NCBI GenBank assembly: GCA_038141525.1
Contig: JAYQIF010000006.1
Span: 28,021 to 92,020 of the forward strand
Origin: Flavobacteriaceae bacterium
GTDB taxonomy: Bacteria > Bacteroidota > Bacteroidia > Flavobacteriales > Flavobacteriaceae
Direction of reading: 5' to 3'
DNA length: 64,000 nucleotides
Below are positions 9,915 through 20,191 of this stretch, piece after piece; position 1 is the first letter of the stretch; every line of letters begins with the position of its first letter. Position numbers and translations under genes: made by a program. The notes beneath the pieces were generated by a model. The model was given only the letters and a program-made list of their open reading frames with translations, made no database searches and was not told the DNA's origin.

Positions 9915-10647
9915 AAGTAGATAGAACAATCCCGCTACAGCGCCTCCGATGAATGGTCCCATAACCGGAATCCAGGCATAGGGCCAATCCGAATTTTTTT
10001 GTCGCATCGGAATTAGGTGATGTACCAGACGCGGCCCAAAATCACGAGCAGGGTTTATGGCATAACCTGTGGTTCCACCCAAAGACCATACCGATCACCC
10101 AAACCAAGATACCCACGGGTAAGGCATCGAGCGAACCAATGCCAAAATTGGTTACCTCAGCCCCATCAATTGATATACTTGGTCCGGCGATAAAGAGCAC
10201 CCCAAAGACCAGCATAAAGGTCCCTAACGCCTCGCTAAAGAGGTTGTTTTTAAAGTTTCTTACCGCAGGACCAGTACAAAATGTGCTGCGTACCGCATCG
10301 ACATCGTCTGTCGCCCGGTAATGATCTATATACAGAACATAGGCCAGCCAGCTCCCGGCCATGGCCCCTAGCACTTGGGCTAAAATATAGCCTGCCGCCA
10401 TGTGCCAGGCAAACTTTCCTGCCACAGCGAGTCCAATAGTTACCGCGGGGTTAAGATGCGCCCCGCTGAATTGTCCAGTAATGAATACGGCTACAAATAC
10501 AGCAAATCCCCAAGCGCTGGTAATCAGCACCCAAGGGGTTTGACCTGAACCAATGGTCTTTTTGAGGTTGACGTTTGCCACCACGCCCATACCGAGCAGC
10601 AGCAGAATGGCAGTGCCGATAAATTCGGCGATGTATGGATTCATCAT
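9900..10647 (-). CDS. glpF: Glycerol uptake facilitator (MIP/aquaporin family); frame broken in assembly
   Basis: The first NPA box (HLNPAVTIG) is in ORF 10042..10647 and the second ([13 protein letters not shown]) is in ORF 9900..10082. Removing one G on the coding strand (the CC at 10086-10087 on the + strand) restores [18 protein letters not shown]. The start overlaps the glpD stop by 4 nt. Confidence 0.85.
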
Positions 10648-12194
10648 AGTAAATAGGTTTTTAATATCTGTTCGGTATACTTTATTTCATTGTTAATCCA
10701 ATCAGCATCTTTATGGAGTTCCTCTGCCATTATTTGAGCGATTTCTGGCAGCAATCGCTGGGTTTCACGAGCATCTAAAAATAGAGCTCTCACCCTTCTG
10801 GCGATAACATCTTCAAGACGCATGGCCATTTCATAACGCATGCTGTATAAAATTTGATTTTTACTAATGTAGTATTTATTGCTCAATGATTTGTTTTGAC
10901 TTTCCGGTCCTTGGTTTAAAACTTTGGTCCGTTCACTACCATAGACATGAAGTGGATCATCAAAAGACAGCCCCGCCTCATAGCCAAAGAGCCTTAGCTT
11001 TCGCGTTTTACATTTTTTGGTCGGCAAGCCACCGACCATTGCGGCTGCGCTTAACGTATCTTCTGCCATTTTACGGTAGGTGGTCCACTTTCCGCCCAAT
11101 ACACTCACTAAACCACTGGTGCTGACGTGTACTTTGTGATGTCGAGAGATTTCCTTGGTTTTACCCTCCTTAGCCGCACTGGCCGCCAAAGGACGTAATC
11201 CAGCAAACACACTTTTGACGTCGTTGCGTGTAGGCTTTTTATGCATATACTGGGCGGCATTGTTTAAGACAAAGTCAATTTCTTGATCCAGAGCCTCAGG
11301 ATCTGACAAAGGCCCATCAATTAGGGTATCCGTGGTCCCAAGGATGACATGATCATGCCAAGGCACGGCAAAAAGCACGCGACCATCAGAGGTCTGCGGA
11401 ATCATAATGGCATAGTCTCCCTTTAAAAATGAGCGATCTAACACCAAATGTATCCCCTGGCTTGGGGTAATTCTTGGCTTGGCTTTAGCATCATCCATGG
11501 CCATGATCGCATCACTAAAAACCCCCGTGGCATTGATTACCACAGACGCAGAAACTTCATGATTTTCTGAGGTTATTGTATCCTGAAAGCTCACACCACT
11601 GACCACACCGTTTTGCTTTTTTATGCTGGTCACCTCGGCGTAATTCAAAAGGCTTGCTCCCAAGGAATCTGCAGTCAAAGCAAGGCTAATTGCCATACGG
11701 GCGTCGTCGAATTGTCCGTCGTGATAGACTACTCCGCCGCGCAGTTCTTCTTGATTCACGTTTTGAATCATGTCTGTGGTTTGCTTCTTACTCAGCCATT
11801 GAGATTTACCCAGACCAAGATCGCCAGCCATCATGTCGTAAATCTTAAGCCCAACACTGTAAAAGGGACCATTCCACCACGAATAAATTGGGATGACAAA
11901 ACTCATGTCACGCACCAAGTGCGGCGCGTTTTGCTTCATTATACCCCGCTCTTTGAGCGCCTCAATAACCAGAGACACATCACCGTTTTGCAGGTAACGC
12001 ACGCCTCCATGCACTAGTTTTGTACTTCGTGAAGAGGTGCCCTTAGCAAAATCATGGCGTTCCAAAAGCAGTGTGCTGTATCCGCGATTCGCGGCATCTA
12101 CCGCGATACCGAGGCCACTGGCGCCCCCACCAATAATCACAACATCCCAATGCTTTTGGGATTTTACGCGCTTGATGTGAACTGATCGTTGCAT
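10644..12194 (-). CDS. glpD: FAD-dependent glycerol-3-phosphate dehydrogenase
   Basis: VVIIGGGASGLGIAVDAANRG dinucleotide fold, TSSRSTKLVHGGVRYL, 516 aa. Sits between glpK and glpF. Confidence 0.9.
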   Translation of the reverse strand: MQRSVHIKRVKSQKHWDVVIIGGGASGLGIAVDAANRGYSTLLLERHDFAKGTSSRSTKLVHGGVRYLQNGDVSLVIEALKERGIMKQNAPHLVRDMSFVIPIYSWWNGPFYSVGLKIYDMMAGDLGLGKSQWLSKKQTTDMIQNVNQEELRGGVVYHDGQFDDARMAISLALTADSLGASLLNYAEVTSIKKQNGVVSGVSFQDTITSENHEVSASVVINATGVFSDAIMAMDDAKAKPRITPSQGIHLVLDRSFLKGDYAIMIPQTSDGRVLFAVPWHDHVILGTTDTLIDGPLSDPEALDQEIDFVLNNAAQYMHKKPTRNDVKSVFAGLRPLAASAAKEGKTKEISRHHKVHVSTSGLVSVLGGKWTTYRKMAEDTLSAAAMVGGLPTKKCKTRKLRLFGYEAGLSFDDPLHVYGSERTKVLNQGPESQNKSLSNKYYISKNQILYSMRYEMAMRLEDVIARRVRALFLDARETQRLLPEIAQIMAEELHKDADWINNEIKYTEQILKTYLL

Positions 12195-13674
12195 TTAAGA
12201 TAAAATTCTCTTGATGCGCTCATGCCATAAATTAATTACCTCGTGGGTAGACTCGTTCGCAACGGGAGTAAACACTCGGTCACTCTGCCACATGGCTTCC
12301 AAGGCTTGTAGTGATGGCCAAACGCCCACAGCGAGCCCAGCAAGAAAAGCAGCGCCAAGTGCGGTAGTTTCGGTCTCTTTGGGTCTTATGACCTGGGCGC
12401 TAAGCAGATCGGCCTGGATTTGCATCAGTAAATCATTATTGCTGGCCCCACCATCGACCTTTAAAGTTTTAAAGTCAACTCCAGCGTCTTTCTGCATTTC
12501 TAAAATTATATCGCGGGATCGAAGGGCAATAGCCTCCAGGGCGGCTCTGGCTATGTGGCCTTGAGACGTGCCCCGCGTTATGCCAAAAATAGTTCCTGTG
12601 GCAAAGGGGTCCCAATACGGGGCGCCGAGCCCCGATAGAGCAGGAATAAAGGTCACTCCGTCGCTGTGCTCGACAGTCGCCGCTAGCGCCTCGATATCGG
12701 CTGATTTTTCGATCATGTGCAATTGATCGCGTAACCATTGCACTAGGGCGCCTGCAGTAAAGACGCTGCCTTCTATAGCGTAGGTGACTTTACCGTCGAT
12801 TTGCCAGGCGATGGTCGTGAGCATTTTATTTTTTGACACCACTGGCTTGTCCCCGGTGTTCATGATGCAAAAACAGCCGGTGCCGTAGGTGTTTTTAACT
12901 GTCCCTGGTTCAAGACACAGTTGCCCAAATAAGGCCGATTGTTGATCGCCTGCGACCCCAGCAATAGGAATACGAGCCCCTAACAAGTGCTTCCTCGGTA
13001 TGCCCGATGATCTCGGAAGAGGACTTGACCTCAGGCAAAAGCGCTTCGGGTACTGACAAAATCGACAAGAGCTCCTGGTCCCAGCAAAGCTCATGAATGT
13101 TATACATCAGGGTTCGGCTGGCATTGGTGACATCGGTGACGTGCGTTTGGCCCCCAGTGAGCTGCCAAATAAGCCAGCTGTCGATAGTCCCAAAAGCCAA
13201 TTCGCCTTGCTCCGCGCGCCGACGTAATTCAGGATCACTGTCTAAAATCCACTTGACCTTGGTACCTGAGAAATAGGCATCGACAACAAGACCTGTTTTA
13301 TCTAAAAAGTCTTGTGCGTGACCTGCGGCGCTTAATTCTTGGCAGTAGGCTGCAGTGCGGCGATCTTGCCAGACGATCGCATTATATACTGGAGCGCCTG
13401 TTTTACGATCCCAAATGACGGTGGTTTCTCGTTGATTTGTGATCCCTATGGCTGAAATATCCTCGGGACGAATTCCAGCCTTTTCTATGGCCTCTTTAAT
13501 CGCTTTGAGCTGGGTCTCCCAAATCTCTAAGGCGTCGTGTTCCACCCAAGCTTTCTGAGGAAATATTTGGGTGAACTCATGTTGCGCCAGAGCAATTTGA
13601 ATACCGTGCTGATCAAAAATGATGGCTCTAGAACTGGTTGTTCCAGCATCTATGGAAAGAATGTACTGCGGCAT
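12195..13674 (-). CDS. glpK: Glycerol kinase; frame broken in assembly
   Basis: N-terminal ORF 12910..13674 begins [22 protein letters not shown]-terminal ORF 12195..13094 carries [17 protein letters not shown] and GTGCF. The junction is near 12988-12992 (..IIGHTEE / [11 protein letters not shown]). The stop abuts the glpD start. Confidence 0.9.
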
Positions 13675-13734
13675 AACTCAACTTCTTTAGATTCTGAAGT
13701 CAAGTTAGTAAAAATTGAAGATTTAAGTAAGCCC

Positions 13735-14208
13735 TTAAAAACCGAACTCGCTCTGACGCAAAGCTCTGTATCCGTTTTGGTATTGACCGATGACCTCATC
13801 TTGCGGGGTATTCTGAATTAAGTCATTCCAATTCTTAGTGTTGTCTGTATAGTCAAAATCCACATGCTTGAGTGTCCATCGCTGCAATTCATAAATTACA
13901 GGGTAGAGATCAATGCCCCTGTCGGTCAAAAAATATTTTTTAATTTTTTTGTCTTGTGGGTTACGTCTAAAATCTATTATGCCCATGGCCAACAGCTTTT
14001 TAAGGCGGTCTACCAAAATGTTTGTTGCAATCCCATCTTGAGATTGTTTCAAAAATTCTGAATAAGTACTTTTTCCACGAAACAAATCACGAACAATGAG
14101 TAAAGACCATTTATCTCCTAAAAGATCTAAAGAAACAGCACAAGCACAAGCCTGTTTTGGGTAGGAAATTTTTTCTGAATTATATTTTTCTTCTTTCTGC
14201 AATATCAT
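13735..14208 (-). CDS. HxlR-family winged-helix transcriptional regulator
   Basis: LDLLGDKWSLLIVRDLFRGKSTYSEF...NILVDRLKKL pattern. Confidence 0.8.
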   Translation of the reverse strand: MILQKEEKYNSEKISYPKQACACAVSLDLLGDKWSLLIVRDLFRGKSTYSEFLKQSQDGIATNILVDRLKKLLAMGIIDFRRNPQDKKIKKYFLTDRGIDLYPVIYELQRWTLKHVDFDYTDNTKNWNDLIQNTPQDEVIGQYQNGYRALRQSEFGF

Positions 14209-14297
14209 GCAAATTTAAAACATAACAATTAAATAACATTGTAAAACGCAATTAAAAGCGAATTAAAAGTGTCTTCAGTCAAAACAGTTGAGGAATC

Positions 14298-15179
14298 CTA
14301 GCTTTTTATATCTTGTGTCTCTCGGCTGTACCCGATGTACATCAAAAGCATGAGATACCCAAATAACGCGCCGGTAATGATCAACAACACATCAAATGGT
14401 TGGGACGCGCCAAAAGACAGGCGCAATAAAACGGTCGTAATGACGAACCCTGTATTGCGGATCAGCTTAAAATAATCCTGAGACAGCGCGTAAGACAGCA
14501 GTAAAATCAACACATCGGCCAATATCAAGGTCGTAAAGAAATCTTTGTAAAAAATCGAATCCAAGTCATTATTAAATGAGGCCACCAGATGTTCTCCTGT
14601 GAATTGTACCACAGCAAAATCTACTAAATGAAGCAATGAAATACCCCCCAAGAGGACCAGTAGTATTGCTGATACTTGACGTTTTAAACTATTAAATCTC
14701 TGTTCACCGGGATCCATGTCGGGCTGTCCGTAAGCCTTGAGTTTATTTTTGGCTTTTATAAATAACAAAATCGCCAAGGCCATAATCAAAACGGCCCCCA
14801 AATCAATCACAAGCTTGATAAACCCCGGGTCGCTGATTTCGATCTCAGCAAAATTAATGTTGGTAATGTCTCCAAATACGCGGCGCACCATAATAAGCGA
14901 AATCACTTCAAATTGCTTTAAAAGAGACGTGCTGAACGAGCGCGGCAAATAGAAAATTAACAAGTAAATTTCGAAAATAAGAATAAATGAAAACGGCGTG
15001 TATATGGCATTAATGGGATTTTGTAAGAGTTGCCCGCCAAAGAATTCGAGAGGCCAAATTTGAGCCACCAAGATTAGCGCTAAATGGGCGAAAAAGCCAG
15101 CAATGGCCAAGATTACCGTAAGTCGTTCGAGTTTTGCCCGATTTTCTTGAGAAAAAAGAAAAGAATATAATTTACTCAT
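14298..15179 (-). CDS. Polytopic membrane protein, unknown function
   Basis: 293-aa ORF with multiple hydrophobic helices and no recognisable motif. Confidence 0.55.
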   Translation of the reverse strand: MSKLYSFLFSQENRAKLERLTVILAIAGFFAHLALILVAQIWPLEFFGGQLLQNPINAIYTPFSFILIFEIYLLIFYLPRSFSTSLLKQFEVISLIMVRRVFGDITNINFAEIEISDPGFIKLVIDLGAVLIMALAILLFIKAKNKLKAYGQPDMDPGEQRFNSLKRQVSAILLVLLGGISLLHLVDFAVVQFTGEHLVASFNNDLDSIFYKDFFTTLILADVLILLLSYALSQDYFKLIRNTGFVITTVLLRLSFGASQPFDVLLIITGALFGYLMLLMYIGYSRETQDIKS

Positions 15180-15250
15180 TTTTAGAGAATTATGTCCCTA
15201 AGGTAATTGAAATATTTCGATTTCCTATAGTAAGAGCCCCGACTTTGAAT

Positions 15251-15258
15251 TATCTTTG
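15251..15258 (+). promoter_or_regulatory. Candidate Bacteroidota -7 box (TAnnTTTG)
   Basis: tatctttg lies 20 nt upstream of ATG 15278. No clear -33 TTG. Confidence 0.25.
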
Positions 15259-15277
15259 ACATGAAAAAGAAAAAATT

Positions 15278-15829
15278 ATGAACTCAAGAACTGCACTATT
15301 CGTGCTTCTCCACTTGTTTTATTTCAGCAGTATTATGGCTCAGAAATATGAAACTCAACCGTATGAATTGATTCAAAACTTCGAAGAAGCCGAATTACGC
15401 TTTTATCCTCCTGTAATGAAAATTCAAAGCAATGGCGATTTTGGATCCCTGTTCCGATACATTTCTGGGGGCAATGAAACGGGGACAAAAATTGCGATGA
15501 CCACACCGGTACAAATGGGCAACACTTCCGGGGAGCCAGTGATGCAATTTGTTTTACCTTCTGCCTATAATTCAGAAAATACGCCACAGGCCAACAGCAA
15601 AAATGTAACCGTGCTTGAATCTGAACAAGGGCATTATCTAGCCATCCAATACGGAGGCTACACCATGGACTGGCGAGAGAAAAAAGCAGCAAATCGACTT
15701 CGAGAAATTGCCAAAAATCAAGGCCTTGAAATTTCGGGCGAACCAATTCTAATGGTCTACAATAGCCCCTACCAAGTATTCAACCGCAAAAACGAGGTGC
15801 TTTTTAAGGTTATTTTCTCTACTCAATAA
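15278..15829 (+). CDS. SOUL/HEBP heme-binding family protein, exported
   Basis: Signal peptide, then the pattern ETQPYELI...AELRFYPP...FR.ISGGN....KIAMTTPV typical of the SOUL family. Confidence 0.7.
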   Translation: MNSRTALFVLLHLFYFSSIMAQKYETQPYELIQNFEEAELRFYPPVMKIQSNGDFGSLFRYISGGNETGTKIAMTTPVQMGNTSGEPVMQFVLPSAYNSENTPQANSKNVTVLESEQGHYLAIQYGGYTMDWREKKAANRLREIAKNQGLEISGEPILMVYNSPYQVFNRKNEVLFKVIFSTQ

Positions 15830-15879
15830 GTTCGAGAATTAACCTATTTCTTTATTGGACAATTCATGTTTACATTATA

Positions 15880-15908
15880 TTGTTTATTGCAATAAAATAT
15901 TATATTTG
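15880..15908 (+). promoter_or_regulatory. Candidate Bacteroidota sigma-A promoter (-33 TTG / -7 TAnnTTTG)
   Basis: TTG (15880-15882), an 18-nt spacer, then TATATTTG (15901-15908), 27 nt upstream of ATG 15935. Confidence 0.4.
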
Positions 15909-15934
15909 AGCATCAAACCAATAAAATTTAAATC

Positions 15935-16862
15935 ATGAGAAAACTATTTTTATTTGCATTTCTATTGTCCTTTGGCGCAGCTAGTGCTCAAAAACATGCT
16001 AACGGTAAAATTTTTGACAAACATCCGGCCTTGGATATTGTTGCCGAATTCACAAAAGCCTATACCTCTGGCGACACCACAACTTTGAAAAATTTAACTA
16101 CAGAGGGATTCAAAATGTACAACATGATGAATAATGACCCTGACTACAAGGGTGGGACAAGACGCAATCTCATGGGCCAAGCCGTATGGTTAAGCAACAA
16201 CATGGTAAACTTAAAAATTGAGAACAGGCCCCCAGCTTATCCAGATGCAATGGAATTCAAGGATGGTCCCGTCTATGTTTATACCTACGAAATGATGACC
16301 GGTTTTGATAAAAACAATGGATTTAAAATCAACAGCCCGCGCAACAGCACCTTTATTTTTGATGAATCAGGAGAGAAAATTAATCGACTACTTTTCTCAG
16401 ACAATACAGCTCATTTTCAGAAGTATTTCGATTCTGGAGAAACAAGGACTAACGGAACGATTTACAAGGATCATCCTATGATTGCTAAGGTTCGTTTGCT
16501 ATTTGCCTATCTCGAAGTGGGGGATCTTGACAAAGCCTTTGAAGGATATAATGAAGGGGCCAGAGTTTACGATATAAACGACCCCAACCAAAGCTATATT
16601 AGCCTGGCCGACTCACAAAGAAAAATTGGCCCAGTTCTACGAAATTTTTGATGTGATTTCAGTCAATGAAAGCGGTTATCCTGATGTACTCGATTATGAA
16701 GGTGATGGCAAAGTAATCATCTCTTGGTGGGACTTTAAACTGCGGAACAAGAAAACAGGAGAAGAGGTCATGTTCAAGTCACACAACCAACATTGGCTCA
16801 ATGATGAAGGCGTTATTTGGCGAGAAGACGCTTATTACAACGGCGCACTGCTTCAAGGGTAA
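15935..16862 (+). CDS. Exported protein with two SnoaL/NTF2-like halves (tentative); frame broken in assembly
   Basis: ORFs 15935..16651 and 16626..16862 overlap. Dropping one A from the A5 run 16621-16625 gives a continuous ..ADSQRKLAQFYEIFDVIS... Signal peptide ends ASAQ. Confidence 0.5.
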
Positions 16863-16877
16863 TTCATGAATCAAAAT

Positions 16878-16911
16878 AAAAAAAGGCCGCACGAAATGTG
16901 CGGCCTTTTTT
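16878..16911. terminator. Bidirectional rho-independent terminator
   Basis: aaaaaaa-ggccgcac-gaaat-gtgcggcc-tttttt, between convergent genes. Confidence 0.8.
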
Positions 16912-16930
16912 ATGTTCCAATTTAAAGTAA

Positions 16931-17686
16931 TTATCGAACAGCCTGAACTAATCGTACAATATGAGAATCTGCCAGAGTTCTCACCTCGTCAAATTGTTTC
17001 CAAAAAGCTATGGCTTCTTCTGACATTTCTCCGGTGTTATCACGAGCCATCAAAATTGCTTCGTAACTGTCATAAAAGTCTGCCGTTACATAATTGATTG
17101 GTTTTTCTGTACCGTAATGGTTCAGTACTTTATGCAGACCCCAGCCTTTGCGAATGGTGTCATTTTCTTTAAATGAAGGCATGAAATCTTCTAACTCAGC
17201 ACGCTCGTATTCTGCGGCGCGATAAGGGTCTACTTTCATGTAATTCAGCACGGCATATTCTGGTGGGGTGCCACCCATTTGAGGGCCATAACCCCCTTTT
17301 ACAGACATCACCACAGAGTAATTCTTAACGTAGTGACTCATGGCTCTTCTTCGCGCAGTTCTCCAATCAATTCCAGATTTTCCAGGAATTGAATTCACTG
17401 GACTCATTGAAAATGTTGGGCTCGTGTGCAAGGTCACATAAATAAAGGTAGTGGTCATTTCATTGACATCAGGGTTCATGATTTGCCACATATCCCATCC
17501 TACGATGTTGCCTTGATTGATTTGCTCTTTCCACATTTTCGAGTAGTATTCACGTTCGATTTCGATGTGGTCTTGAACGTCTGCATTTTTAATTTGGCCG
17601 TACCAAAGTGTCACGTACAATTCAGATTGTGCGCTCATGGGCAATGCAAAGACCACAAGCAGGAAACTTAAAATTAATTTTTTCAT
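16931..17686 (-). CDS. Exported protein, unknown function
   Basis: Signal peptide MKKLILSFLLVVFALPMSAQ. 251-aa ORF. Confidence 0.6.
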   Translation of the reverse strand: MKKLILSFLLVVFALPMSAQSELYVTLWYGQIKNADVQDHIEIEREYYSKMWKEQINQGNIVGWDMWQIMNPDVNEMTTTFIYVTLHTSPTFSMSPVNSIPGKSGIDWRTARRRAMSHYVKNYSVVMSVKGGYGPQMGGTPPEYAVLNYMKVDPYRAAEYERAELEDFMPSFKENDTIRKGWGLHKVLNHYGTEKPINYVTADFYDSYEAILMARDNTGEMSEEAIAFWKQFDEVRTLADSHIVRLVQAVR

Positions 17687-17816
17687 GGTTTGTTGTTTTT
17701 GGTTAATGCCATCTCAATATAGACAGCCTACCAAAGATACCATTTATATTGTTATTTGCAATTTAAATCTGTAGGGAACACCACTCGATCTAACAAACAG
17801 GCGTGGGCTACTTAAA

Positions 17817-18905
17817 TTATCTCGATAGAAACTCCGCAAGCAAACGATGAAAATGATGCACTCCTTGCTCTCGCGTGGGGCTAAAACGACCTGTGGTGTA
17901 ATGGCGCGACTCGATGCCTTTTTGGACTGCTTCGACCACAAATTCGTCTTCGTGCTCCACCTTATCCAGATCCGCCCCCGCGCCTTGATCAAGTTTTGAG
18001 GCGTCCATCACGTAGGTGATAAAAGAGACTTTGGACTGCTTTTTTGAGATGGGACGCACCACATTAATCGAGAGTCCCCAAGGATAAAAATTAAACATCA
18101 TGTTGGGGAAAACCCAATAGTAATAGGCCGAGACCGACTTTCCATAATCGGGATGCCCATCGGGCAGAATAAAACTAAGTGCATCTCCTTTACTCAGACC
18201 AATTTGAAGATTCATATGCGGATATAAATGCGTCTCGTAGGTCTCGTAATCAATGGCCGCATTGAGGCCCTGATGGACAAATGGAATATGAAATCCTTCG
18301 AGATAATTATCACAATACAAGGCCCAATGACCATTAACGAGATAATCACGGCTGCGTACTGGATCAAATTTGAGCTGGTCCAGGGCCATAAATCCGACGC
18401 GCTCTTGCATTTGCGCTAAAACCTCATCGAGATCAAAAGCAGGCTCAATGCTAGTAAACATCAGGCCATGCCATTTGCGCAAAGGATACTGATGTAAGTG
18501 ATCACAAGGACGTGGAAAATCCTCAGCCTGTTCAAATTCGGGCATACTTTTGAACTGACCGTCAAGGCCGAAACGACGGCCGTGATAGTGGCATACGAGC
18601 TGTTTACCGCGTCCCGGGTGATGCGCCAATAGATTACCACGATGGGTACAGACGTTAGACAAACATCGTGTTTGCTCATTCTTATCACGCACGAGTAACA
18701 GGGGTTCTTCAATAAGTGGGGATAAAAAGTTCAAGGGCGCGTGCGATTCACTCAGCGGCAACAAGGTTTCTTGGTCCCCGATAAATTGCCAAGTCTTACT
18801 AAATACCTCATCGCCGAGTCTTTGGAATACTTCAGGATCACGATAGAATCGAGCCGGTAGCGTTTCAGCTTTTTTTATATCTGGGTGGACAAAAAATTCA
18901 CTCAT
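17817..18905 (-). CDS. Rieske [2Fe-2S] non-heme iron oxygenase alpha subunit (choline-monooxygenase-like)
   Basis: Rieske motif CTHRG...CHYHGRRF and a mononuclear iron motif DNYLEGFHIPFVH. Confidence 0.8.
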   Translation of the reverse strand: MSEFFVHPDIKKAETLPARFYRDPEVFQRLGDEVFSKTWQFIGDQETLLPLSESHAPLNFLSPLIEEPLLLVRDKNEQTRCLSNVCTHRGNLLAHHPGRGKQLVCHYHGRRFGLDGQFKSMPEFEQAEDFPRPCDHLHQYPLRKWHGLMFTSIEPAFDLDEVLAQMQERVGFMALDQLKFDPVRSRDYLVNGHWALYCDNYLEGFHIPFVHQGLNAAIDYETYETHLYPHMNLQIGLSKGDALSFILPDGHPDYGKSVSAYYYWVFPNMMFNFYPWGLSINVVRPISKKQSKVSFITYVMDASKLDQGAGADLDKVEHEDEFVVEAVQKGIESRHYTTGRFSPTREQGVHHFHRLLAEFLSR

Positions 18906-20182
18906 TTTTTGGGCTTAATTATCGTAAAGTAAATGAAAATTCCGGCCAACACCAATAAGCTCCCATAGGCCACTACCTCAAGGCCACAGCCGTAAATGAT
19001 CCACAAACAGAAGGCAATGGATAGATAAGAAACCGCTTGCATCATGCGATTCGGGAGCGCATCTCTTTTCAGTATTAACAGCAGACTGATTATGGTCATC
19101 AAATAAGGCGTGAGCACTGAAAGTGTAGATAGATTCATCATAAAGCCAAAGACTTGAGCCAATTGCTCCGAAAATCTAAAGGTCAAAACCGTTGAGGCCA
19201 ATACGCTCGATATGGCAATACCGATAATCGGCGCACCATGGCGATTGACGCGCGCAAAAATTTTGGGAAAGAGTCCGTCTCGCGCCGAAGCCATGGGGAT
19301 TTGGCCTTGTATGAGTAGCCAGCCGTTAAGGGCGCCAAGCGTTGCGGCAATGGCTCCCGCAGCCACGATATACTTGGCTTTTTCTCCCCAAAAAACCGAA
19401 GCGGCATCGGCAAATGGGGCTGAAGAATCTTTTAGTACTTCAGGAGGGAGTATTCCGAAAATCGCTACGGAGGAGAGAATATAAGTGACTCCGGTAATCC
19501 CCAAAGCAATCATTCCGGCTCTTCCTACTGTTTTTGCGGCGTTTTTTGTGCGTCCACTGGCCACGGTGGCAGATTCAAGCCCTAGAAATGCAAAAAGCGT
19601 CAAGGTGGTCACGGCGGAAATGGCTTGGAAATCGCTTTGACCCGATAAATTGTCAAAATTGATTAGTGACCAATCGATATAAAAGATCCCGATAAATCCG
19701 ATTGCCAAAATAGGCAAAAGCTTCAAAATTGTGGTTATTTTTTGTACCCACGCCACGGTGCGAATCGAAAAACTATTCACGGCGCTCAGTCCCCAGATCG
19801 CTCCAAGTCCGCAACTGATCGCCAGCGGAGTGTTCTGATTGATTTCGGGAATAAAAACAGACAAATAGCCGACAAAAGCGACGGCAATCGCTGCGTTCGT
19901 GCACCAAATCGAAACCCAGTAACCCCAGCCCACCAAAAAGCCCCAGAAATCTCCGAGCATTAGTTTTACATAAGCATAGGGGCCCCCGATAGTCTCAGGC
20001 AGGCGCTGACTCAGCTGTCGAAAAACTAAGGTGAACAACAAGGCGCCAATCCCCGAGTATAACCAGCCCATCAGGCCAATACCGCCAAAAGCGGCGAGTG
20101 TCGCGGGCAATAAAAAAATACCCGAACCGATCATATTGCCGGTCACCAGAGCTGTACTCGACCAAAGTCCAATTTTTTTCAT
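18902..20182 (-). CDS. APC-superfamily amino acid/amine permease
   Basis: 426-aa protein with about 12 TM helices and an N-terminal GNMIGSGIFLLP motif. The stop overlaps the Rieske gene start by 4 nt. Confidence 0.8.
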   Translation of the reverse strand: MKKIGLWSSTALVTGNMIGSGIFLLPATLAAFGGIGLMGWLYSGIGALLFTLVFRQLSQRLPETIGGPYAYVKLMLGDFWGFLVGWGYWVSIWCTNAAIAVAFVGYLSVFIPEINQNTPLAISCGLGAIWGLSAVNSFSIRTVAWVQKITTILKLLPILAIGFIGIFYIDWSLINFDNLSGQSDFQAISAVTTLTLFAFLGLESATVASGRTKNAAKTVGRAGMIALGITGVTYILSSVAIFGILPPEVLKDSSAPFADAASVFWGEKAKYIVAAGAIAATLGALNGWLLIQGQIPMASARDGLFPKIFARVNRHGAPIIGIAISSVLASTVLTFRFSEQLAQVFGFMMNLSTLSVLTPYLMTIISLLLILKRDALPNRMMQAVSYLSIAFCLWIIYGCGLEVVAYGSLLVLAGIFIYFTIIKPKK

Positions 20183-20191
20183 CCCTGATCT

